Origin: a virus | Strand: one strand, 5' to 3' | DNA: 64,000 bases | IMG/VR virus record: IMGVR_UViG_3300028873_000014 | Coordinates: 1 to 64,000 of that record | Part shown: positions 57,166-64,000 of the stretch, in pieces | Position numbering within the stretch: position 1 is the stretch's first letter | Layout: every line of letters starts with the position of its first letter | The notes under the pieces: generated by a model | Seen by the model: the letters and a program-made list of their open reading frames with translations, nothing else | Told to the model about the DNA's origin: nothing | Database searches by the model: none | Position numbers and translations under genes: made by a program

Positions 57166-58482
57166 TTATATAGTCTGTAACTGTATAAAGTTTGCAGATA
57201 ACGTCAAACAGCTATTTATCAAAGTGGTAAATGGTGTGATCACCGTACCTGTTGGGAAATAGATTGTTATTGCATACTCATCATTATCTGTAACAGACTG
57301 GCTATTATATGGGCGGAATACGTTAAACTTTAGATACAAACTATCGTATAGACCCTGTAGAGCAACATTAGGCATAACCCAATCATCCTCAATAGTCCTC
57401 ATCCTTAAGCTACCTACCCATTGGTTATCGGGGAAATCCTCTTGTTTGTACCTATTCCACTCTATTAAGTTACGGGCAACTTGCTGACCTATACCACGAA
57501 CCTGTAAAGGAGCAGTAATCTGTGTCCACATAGTAGGTACTGATGTATCAATAGTAGTGTTTATTACACAAGGATCAGCAGTTTGTGAGAACAATGAACC
57601 TTCTACGTAAAGCGGTTCTATTGTATATAGATCAGTTGGAGAGAAAGTACAAGTCCCAAAAGTGGTCTGTACATATGCTACAGTTATCTGTAACCCCGCA
57701 ACAACAGATATAGGATTAGATGTATTAGGTACATACGCACCTGCATTTAATACAGCAGTCTGTAATGCGGCGTTACCTGGAGTACCTGGAGGCGGTGTAC
57801 CATAAGTACCTGCAGTTGCCCTAATCACATCATATGCAGAGAATACTTCTACTGCTGTACCTGCTGATGTTTGTATGAATACCTGGGGATAGATAAAGCT
57901 GGTTTCATAAGGATCTTGTGTAATACCATCCTTCCACTGCAACATTACTGATGCAGCATCCACATTACTGGTAGTGCAGCCAGAAGTACATCCTGTACCG
58001 CAACATCCTGAAAATGCTGTAAATGATTTATAATATTGATGGTTCAGAAACTGGAGAGCAGGAGCACCAAGTAACTCTAACTGAAATTGATAGGTAGTAC
58101 CACACTGGAAAGCTGGCCCTACTGTAGAACCAGAGGTAAGATTCCAACCAAATACCGATACCTGATTTTGAGGTGCCTGTGCTTGGGTATAGATAAAGGC
58201 AGTTACCCTGGACCAATCTATGATCTTGGTATAGTCAGGTTCTTGTAAACCCCCCCATAGCGGAGTAATCTGATCTATTAAATGCCATGACCCAGAAGCA
58301 ATGATACATGGTGTTAAAGTAGCTGCACTAATTGCAGTACCATAAACTCCTGTTTGCGGGGGGCATGTAAATATACCAAGTTGCCCTTTGGTAAGAAGAT
58401 CTGTAGTTCCTGAAGTTGTGTAGTTAACAGTGTTGCTAACTGGGTTGTTTAACAGGTACGGTTGAAAACTATCTGGTAGCAT
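57166..58482 (-). CDS. abundant structural protein (auxiliary capsid-like)
   Basis: 438 aa; followed by a strong terminator; gene order. Confidence 0.6.
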   Translation of the reverse strand: MLPDSFQPYLLNNPVSNTVNYTTSGTTDLLTKGQLGIFTCPPQTGVYGTAISAATLTPCIIASGSWHLIDQITPLWGGLQEPDYTKIIDWSRVTAFIYTQAQAPQNQVSVFGWNLTSGSTVGPAFQCGTTYQFQLELLGAPALQFLNHQYYKSFTAFSGCCGTGCTSGCTTSNVDAASVMLQWKDGITQDPYETSFIYPQVFIQTSAGTAVEVFSAYDVIRATAGTYGTPPPGTPGNAALQTAVLNAGAYVPNTSNPISVVAGLQITVAYVQTTFGTCTFSPTDLYTIEPLYVEGSLFSQTADPCVINTTIDTSVPTMWTQITAPLQVRGIGQQVARNLIEWNRYKQEDFPDNQWVGSLRMRTIEDDWVMPNVALQGLYDSLYLKFNVFRPYNSQSVTDNDEYAITIYFPTGTVITPFTTLINSCLTLSANFIQLQTI

Positions 58483-58631
58483 GTGTATATTGTTTTAGCT
58501 TTCATAAAATTAGTATTAAGTTCTATCCCCGATATGAATAGTTATTGAAAACACCTTACAAATATTCATCCCATTACTAAAAATAATTCAGTTTTAGTAG
58601 TTATCTTTAATTCTTAATCAAGAACATAAAA

Positions 58632-59081
58632 ATGAGAACTAAAGCAAAATATGAAGGAAAGCATTTTGGGCTGTTAACTGTAATGGAATGTTTAATAGAT
58701 TCTGATGGTAAGAATAAAGGAGGTGTATGGTTATGTAAATGTAAGTGTGGTGGGACTATCAGTCTTGCAGGGTATCGTTTACATAATAGAGATAGCTGTG
58801 GTTGTCTTACTAAAAAAGCTACTGAGATACGGGCAAAGAATAATAAAAAGCCCCAGGAGGAAAAAGATATCACAAAGGCATATAGTAATTACAAAAGAAA
58901 AGGTGGAGAACTAACTAAGGAAAAATGGTTAAAAGCTATTAAAAAACCCTGCATCTTTTGTGCAAGCACTTTACTTAGGACAGATACTACAATATGCAAT
59001 ACCTGTTTCACTATGATGGGAAATCTTTCAGAAAATAAATTCCTGGAACAGGTTAAGATAATAGCGAAAGTTAGTTGTTAA
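58632..59081 (+). CDS. degenerate HNH homing endonuclease
   Basis: G.HFGLLTV..W.CKC.CG..SCGC N-domain; CxxC..CxxC flanks without the catalytic core; opposite strand to neighbours. Confidence 0.65.
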   Translation: MRTKAKYEGKHFGLLTVMECLIDSDGKNKGGVWLCKCKCGGTISLAGYRLHNRDSCGCLTKKATEIRAKNNKKPQEEKDITKAYSNYKRKGGELTKEKWLKAIKKPCIFCASTLLRTDTTICNTCFTMMGNLSENKFLEQVKIIAKVSC

Positions 59082-59778
59082 ACTCAGCATTTTGAGAAAG
59101 TACTTGCTTCTTGTTATAGTTATCTAAGTCCATAGAAAGAATAGCAGCAGCATCATCTATGATCAGTTCTATAACGTTATCCGGTAATTCACAAAGAACA
59201 TCTACCGTAGAAGTAGTACCGTCATCAGGATTAGTAGCACCTGCTATTTGTATATGTACAGGTCTGTGATAGTAAATAACTAATGGGTCTACTATATTAA
59301 ACTCATCATTGGTCCATATCTTAAAAGTATTCCCCATGACAGTCGAAAAGGTAGTTGCCCATGCGTAGGAAGGTTGTCTATTAACATCAGGGAGATATGT
59401 ATCTACATCGGCCTCATTACCTTCATAGATAGTCAACTGTCTTGGGGGGCAAGTATTACAACTATCTTGTGCACAAGCACTGATTCTGCACCATTCCAGG
59501 TAATCAGTAGGGAATAAATCAGACTGCCAGTATAATCCTTTATCGGTAAAGTTACCTGTCCAGGTACTAAGTAAACATTGCAGATCATCTATTCTTCTGG
59601 TAGATGCCTCTGCTCCTGTTTTTGTCTGATTTATTCCCTCTAATTGTCTCCTGACCCATTCATCCATACCTTTGTTAAAAGCCTCTATTTCCATAAAGGG
59701 TTCAAGGTTAGCATAATCGAACGAACTCAATTTGTTCACCCGCTGCTCCAATTTCAGTTGAATGGTCTGGTTGGTCAT
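59071..59778 (-). CDS. head-tail ring/connector protein
   Basis: VNKLSS, RRIDDLQ.L, YYHRP and CELP....I.D.A motifs. Confidence 0.65.
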   Translation of the reverse strand: MTNQTIQLKLEQRVNKLSSFDYANLEPFMEIEAFNKGMDEWVRRQLEGINQTKTGAEASTRRIDDLQCLLSTWTGNFTDKGLYWQSDLFPTDYLEWCRISACAQDSCNTCPPRQLTIYEGNEADVDTYLPDVNRQPSYAWATTFSTVMGNTFKIWTNDEFNIVDPLVIYYHRPVHIQIAGATNPDDGTTSTVDVLCELPDNVIELIIDDAAAILSMDLDNYNKKQVLSQNAEFNN

Positions 59779-60872
59779 TATTCTCTCCAGTGGCGTTCAA
59801 CTTCCTTATCTAAACTAAGTTGAACAGATTCATTAAGTTTGTTTTTCAAATATTCTACTATATCTTCTATAGTCCTTCCCATAGGAACATCCATCTTGAG
59901 ATAGTATAATTGCCCATCCCCTTTAGGTTCGATAAGATGCATTTCTGTAGCATCTTTAACAATAGCTCTTACACGTAATGCGTCTATCGGCATATCGTAG
60001 TAATCGAGAAATCTCTGAACAGTTACCCGGGTATCATGTTCTACAGTTTTACCATCCAGGTAATTACACACATCGTCATACATCTGATCTGCAGGAGTAT
60101 AGTTAGGACCACCTTTCTTGTACATAGATGCCCCCGATGTAGCAGTAAGTTTAGCTATATAAAATAGTTTATTCTGGTCATTGGTTAACATGGTGTCCAT
60201 ATACCCGCCAGCCTTATTACGTAGTTTCTTAAACTTCGTTTTGATATCTGAAGTTTCTTCTGGTTGGTCCAGATAGAAATTATACCCAGGTTCATTAATA
60301 GCTATCTGCATAGAGGGGGCTACTAATGATAATCCACCCGCTTCTATAGCATGAAAAATAACAAGATCGTGAGGATTAGTAAGATCAAGTTCTTTACCAT
60401 CATTACTGATCTTCAACTCTACTTTATCCCAGTAAGTCTCAATACGATCACCTTTAGCATCAAACTTATCAGGTCCTGTACTATTAAAAGTAGTTACCTT
60501 CTTCCAAAAATCATCTTCCGGAGTACCATACTTTTCAAAACAGGTCTCCTTGGAAACATCATAGTTATTAGCTATGGTATTTTCCAGGTATGTAACAACC
60601 TCACGTATGCTTCTGATCTTTGCTCTTTTTTCAGCATCTGGCAATCTTTGTACCTCTGCAGTTTTTTCATCAAGACCTGTGATATAGGTTTTGTAACCAT
60701 TCTTTTCTGTAAGTCCAATGTGGTCATACTGAAATGTACCGGGGAATAATGCTTCCCCATACTTTTCAAGACCCATCTTCTCCTCTCCTGATGAATAAGG
60801 CTTAATGGCTATACGACCTCTTACCCTATTGATCTTTGGGGCTTTTAACTCTTCTAATTCTAAGTCAGGCAT
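59778..60872 (-). CDS. conserved crAss-like morphogenesis-region protein
   Basis: YITGLDE, FW and LDL.NP.D motifs; likely ATG at 60872 (track start 60899). Confidence 0.65.
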   Translation of the reverse strand: MPDLELEELKAPKINRVRGRIAIKPYSSGEEKMGLEKYGEALFPGTFQYDHIGLTEKNGYKTYITGLDEKTAEVQRLPDAEKRAKIRSIREVVTYLENTIANNYDVSKETCFEKYGTPEDDFWKKVTTFNSTGPDKFDAKGDRIETYWDKVELKISNDGKELDLTNPHDLVIFHAIEAGGLSLVAPSMQIAINEPGYNFYLDQPEETSDIKTKFKKLRNKAGGYMDTMLTNDQNKLFYIAKLTATSGASMYKKGGPNYTPADQMYDDVCNYLDGKTVEHDTRVTVQRFLDYYDMPIDALRVRAIVKDATEMHLIEPKGDGQLYYLKMDVPMGRTIEDIVEYLKNKLNESVQLSLDKEVERHWRE

Positions 60873-60896
60873 AAAGTAATAATTTGGTTTGAAAAC

Positions 60897-60904
60897 CAAA
60901 GGTA
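60897..60904 (-). promoter_or_regulatory. Bacteroidota -7 element TACCTTTG
   Basis: TAnnTTTG match 24 nt upstream of ATG 60872. Confidence 0.5.
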
Positions 60905-60931
60905 TAACGGATTATTTTATTATACAACTAT

Positions 60932-61354
60932 TTAAGTTGTTGCTGGTAAAAATAATTGCTGAACATCATCAATATATTCATCGATAGTTTTTACACTACC
61001 ATCAAGAATACTGGTAATCTCTGCAGCAAGATGATGAAGAGCACCATTAAAGATGGTGGCATCACCTACAGCATTTTTAAGATAAGGAGCAACACGATTA
61101 AGTACTGCTATGATCTCATTCAGATAAGTAGTACCATTTGGTAGTAAAGAAGCTATTTCTGTAACAAAAGGACTTTCCAGGTCTGCAATAACTACGGGTT
61201 CTATAGTAGTTGCATTCTGTACAAGATTAGCAAACTTATCTACTATATTCGTAGCAGATAGAGTAATGTCTACAATACCTGTATCTACCTTTTGTTCCAG
61301 GTTCGCTAATTCTGTCTTAGCATTAGTAAGGAGTGTTCTGAAATTGATTGACAT
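60932..61354 (-). CDS. hypothetical helical protein
   Basis: 140-aa ORF with A/T-rich leader. Confidence 0.65.
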   Translation of the reverse strand: MSINFRTLLTNAKTELANLEQKVDTGIVDITLSATNIVDKFANLVQNATTIEPVVIADLESPFVTEIASLLPNGTTYLNEIIAVLNRVAPYLKNAVGDATIFNGALHHLAAEITSILDGSVKTIDEYIDDVQQLFLPATT

Positions 61355-61380
61355 ATATTTAATTTTTAAGAGTTAACTAT

Positions 61381-61965
61381 TTAATTTTTCTTTTTTCTAC
61401 CCCATACTATCCATCCTAGTAATACCCCCACTAATATGCCACCTACCCATCCTATCCAGGGCACGGAGAATAGAGAAACACTTACGGAAGTACTACCTTT
61501 AACATCTGTTTTGACATTACTCTTTTTGGCAGAAGATGAATCTATATTAGACCTTTTATGATCATTAATAGTTATATCCTTTTTATCAAACTGTAATTTA
61601 AAGGTTGTGTCACGAACTACCAAGTTAAGAATAAGTTTACCATGATCGTAAATAGCAACTGCAGTTGCATTTTGTACGTTCTTAACTGCTCTTAGGGGTT
61701 TAGAACTATACGTAATTACCCCGGTAGAAATAGTAATAACGTTAGCAGTTGTTGTATCAGAACCGTTAGAACCAGTAATACCAACTGTAGTATCTGCAGT
61801 CTCCTCTTGTATATGAGTAGCTTTTTGATCATCTACTTTTGCTTCTACAGCCTTTTGTGTATTATCAGTTACCGTTGCTGTAACATGGGAACTGTGAGAA
61901 AACTTTGCTCCTATGCACCCCGAGAGTAGACATAAGATAACTGAGATGTAGAATAGTTGTTTCAT
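61381..61965 (-). CDS. putative unimolecular spanin (lipoprotein with C-terminal TM)
   Basis: Lipobox LSGC; beta-rich middle; C-terminal hydrophobic segment followed by RKKKN; beside holin-like genes. Confidence 0.6.
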   Translation of the reverse strand: MKQLFYISVILCLLSGCIGAKFSHSSHVTATVTDNTQKAVEAKVDDQKATHIQEETADTTVGITGSNGSDTTTANVITISTGVITYSSKPLRAVKNVQNATAVAIYDHGKLILNLVVRDTTFKLQFDKKDITINDHKRSNIDSSSAKKSNVKTDVKGSTSVSVSLFSVPWIGWVGGILVGVLLGWIVWGRKKKN

Positions 61966-61984
61966 GTTATAGTTGTTTTGTTTA

Positions 61985-62221
61985 TTATATTATTTTATGT
62001 TTTTCCATTTCTGATATAATCATTTCCCACTTTTCTTTACTGTCATATTCGTACAGTATTGTTGCATCCTTCGTTTGAATCTCAATAGCATAATATGTCC
62101 TGTCTACCTGCCATGATTGAAACGATTCTATATCTCTTTTGATAGACATTTGAATTATTCCATCGAATTTTATTCGGAATCGATCAAATGTTGTTTCAGA
62201 AGTTATCGTCATATCACTCAT
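61985..62221 (-). CDS. hypothetical protein
   Basis: 78 aa, ATGA-coupled. Confidence 0.6.
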   Translation of the reverse strand: MSDMTITSETTFDRFRIKFDGIIQMSIKRDIESFQSWQVDRTYYAIEIQTKDATILYEYDSKEKWEMIISEMEKHKII

Positions 62222-62499
62222 GGTTGTTTTGTCGGTATAAATTCAATGTCGCCTATGCCGCCGCCAGTTCGATAATCATCAAAGTCTGCATCTTGCCAAC
62301 GTTGATAGTTGTCGCCTTCATCTAAATCCATCTGTGAAAGCTCATTCCATAATTCGCGTTTTTCTACTGGTATCATATACCAATGGCAGAAATCATCTTG
62401 GCTAAAAAAGTATGCTTGTTTCATGTTGTTTGCCTTATTAATAAGGTCAACATTATTTAATGCCAGTTCTGAAATAATATCTAGATCGGTGATTTTCAT
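62218..62499 (-). CDS. hypothetical protein (QDD.CHWY.IP motif)
   Basis: 93 aa, ATGA-coupled. Confidence 0.6.
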   Translation of the reverse strand: MKITDLDIISELALNNVDLINKANNMKQAYFFSQDDFCHWYMIPVEKRELWNELSQMDLDEGDNYQRWQDADFDDYRTGGGIGDIEFIPTKQP

Positions 62500-62867
62500 A
62501 CTGGTTGTTTTATCTCTAGCGAAGATACATCAGTTTTTGTTACAGTAGTAGTATTGGGGCTATTACCTTTCCATAAACTAATAACTTGTGCTACAGTAGC
62601 TACCCCAAGAAGGAGTAAGATAAATGCAAGAAAGGCATACATATGCCCATCTACAAACTCCTGTTTTTTAATAGTGTTGATAATTTCACATGTACAGGTA
62701 GTTAAGGTAAATAGAAAAGCACAAAGTCTTTTAGCACTGGGACTATCCCCTTCACTGAGTGCTCTACTTATCCAATTCCATTTTGTAAATAAAAAGATAA
62801 TAGCAACAATACCTGCAATAGCAAGTATGGTATAATCAGCATATACAAAATTATGAGTCGGAGTCAT
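62496..62867 (-). CDS. holin-like membrane protein
   Basis: Three hydrophobic segments; SE...PSAKR motif. Confidence 0.55.
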   Translation of the reverse strand: MTPTHNFVYADYTILAIAGIVAIIFLFTKWNWISRALSEGDSPSAKRLCAFLFTLTTCTCEIINTIKKQEFVDGHMYAFLAFILLLLGVATVAQVISLWKGNSPNTTTVTKTDVSSLEIKQPV

Positions 62868-63195
62868 CTTTTTTCATATCTAGTTTAAATATCTTACTAA
62901 CAGCATATCTCCAATCTATGACAGTAACAAAGAGCATAACATCTCTACTGATCAGGGAAGCAAAAGGTACTATTATCCCTGGGTTAAAATTAGTGTGTTG
63001 AGTACACCATCCCCAAGACAAAAAGCCTATACAGAAAGCTACACAACTTGTACCAAAGACATACCAAAAGCTGATATGTTTTTTGGTCACTATATCAAAC
63101 CCAAACTTTCCTAACAGCCCTATAGATACATAAGCTAAAAATGCTCCCCATTTAGACAAAAACTCTAGGATTTCTTCGTATGTATCTTTGTGCAT
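62851..63195 (-). CDS. holin-like membrane protein
   Basis: Two to three TM segments, charged C-terminus; likely ATG at 63195 (track start 63219). Confidence 0.55.
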   Translation of the reverse strand: MHKDTYEEILEFLSKWGAFLAYVSIGLLGKFGFDIVTKKHISFWYVFGTSCVAFCIGFLSWGWCTQHTNFNPGIIVPFASLISRDVMLFVTVIDWRYAVSKIFKLDMKKDDSDS

Positions 63196-63512
63196 TTTAT
63201 GATTCTGAATACTGTCCATAATGTAATTAAAACTCCAAATGTTTTTTCAATCGCATCAAAGTTATATGGATTGCCAAGAGCTTCATCAAAGAAGTTATTA
63301 AAAGCAAGCCATCCAACCCAAGTCCAGAGAATTATAACATACTGGTTATTTTTTCTACTGTTTGCCCCTATAGCCATTAACAAAAACGATAGTGCCTGCA
63401 TCTTACAGAAGAAATCCCCGAACTCCTTACTGGGAATATGTGGAATCCACCTTGGTATCGTATTAACTAATACACACGTAACTATACAGAAAATATTAAT
63501 AGTCTGCCGCAT
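63165..63512 (-). CDS. membrane protein (lysis cassette)
   Basis: Four hydrophobic segments; NNFFDE..GNP. Confidence 0.6.
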   Translation of the reverse strand: MRQTINIFCIVTCVLVNTIPRWIPHIPSKEFGDFFCKMQALSFLLMAIGANSRKNNQYVIILWTWVGWLAFNNFFDEALGNPYNFDAIEKTFGVLITLWTVFRIIKCTKIHTKKS

Positions 63513-63513
63513 T

Positions 63514-63789
63514 TTACCTGATAATAATTGGTCTACCTCCTACAAATGAGTTTCCGGTAATTGTGTATGGACCTTGCTGACTAGTAAAACTAGCACTGAT
63601 ATCTCCTGTAGTGGGGAGAATAATAGTACATAACTGTTGATTATTATTACTATCCGTATCTATAAACCACTGTGGGTTATCCGAAACTAAAGTACTAATG
63701 GCAATATTATCAAAAGAAGCATCTCCGCAAGAAGATATAGTATCTGTTGATACATTAACCCCTGGAAAAGAAACACATTGAATTTGCAT
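63514..63789 (-). CDS. hypothetical protein
   Basis: 91-aa ORF, directly adjacent to the next gene. Confidence 0.55.
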   Translation of the reverse strand: MQIQCVSFPGVNVSTDTISSCGDASFDNIAISTLVSDNPQWFIDTDSNNNQQLCTIILPTTGDISASFTSQQGPYTITGNSFVGGRPIIIR

Positions 63790-63807
63790 AGTGTGTGATT
63801 TTAAAAG

Positions 63808-64000
63808 TTAATAATTATTCGGTAATGATAATAACTCTAAATACTTTTGGTACTTTCTATCCAGATAAACTGTGGCATCTTTATACAGTAAATTCATTAT
63901 TTGCATTGCTGGTTTTCCTGTAGAATCCATACTATATAACTCATTTTCTCTTGGGGCTTTCTTTGTATTAGATGCACATGTTATACCCGATATCTTTATA
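63808..64000 (-). CDS. C-terminal fragment of a LAGLIDADG-type homing endonuclease (truncated by window)
   Basis: Translated manually: ..ELYSMDSTGKPAMQIMNLLYKDATVYLDRKYQKYLELL..; LY.DA.(I/V)YL.RK resembles LAGLIDADG C-termini. Confidence 0.55.
   Translation of the reverse strand, partial: IKISGITCASNTKKAPRENELYSMDSTGKPAMQIMNLLYKDATVYLDRKYQKYLELLSLPNNY

Noticed and set aside
11577-63549. Numerous 60-150-aa plus-strand ORFs antisense to late genes, and minus-strand ORFs in the early region
   Set aside because: Shadow ORFs inside well-supported genes, with no motifs and Ser/Leu/Phe-biased translations.
1-64000. Stop-codon reassignment (TAG or TGA), known in some crAss-like phages
   Set aside because: Genes up to 13 kb are uninterrupted under the standard code, and TAG and TGA act as real stops (e.g. 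19325, 46528, ATGA overlaps).
1-64000. tRNA/rRNA genes, integrase, and major capsid, portal or terminase genes
   Set aside because: No recognisable signatures; intergenic gaps are short and AT-rich; head genes probably lie outside the window.

Overview
This 64 kb, AT-rich window is part of a crAss-like (Crassvirales-type) phage genome with a Bacteroidota host, read with the standard genetic code. Positions 1-9.6 kb (+) hold early, replication and recombination genes: RuvC, a DnaA domain IV/HTH protein, a PD-(D/E)XK exonuclease, RecA, an HNH-like protein, a degenerate uracil-DNA glycosylase and many small ORFs. Positions 9.6-64 kb are mostly on the minus strand and form the late module. It contains a GH24 endolysin, a 2808-aa multi-enzyme virion cargo protein, a 4349-aa virion RNA polymerase (GADFDIDK), further cargo proteins, tail muzzle and ring proteins, fibre/Ig/FN3 and Cys-rich proteins, a holin/u-spanin cassette and two homing-endonuclease genes. 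The most unusual object is the 2808-aa protein. It carries a circularly permuted histidine phosphatase, an inserted P-loop domain, a polyvalent-type protein kinase, a zincin-like motif and a PD-(D/E)XK nuclease. Its kinase domain is bracketed by two similar ~60-aa ORFs nested in the +1 frame, which suggests an overprinted inhibitor/immunity system. No tRNA, rRNA or CRISPR array was seen. All assignments come from reading motifs by eye; no database searches were run.
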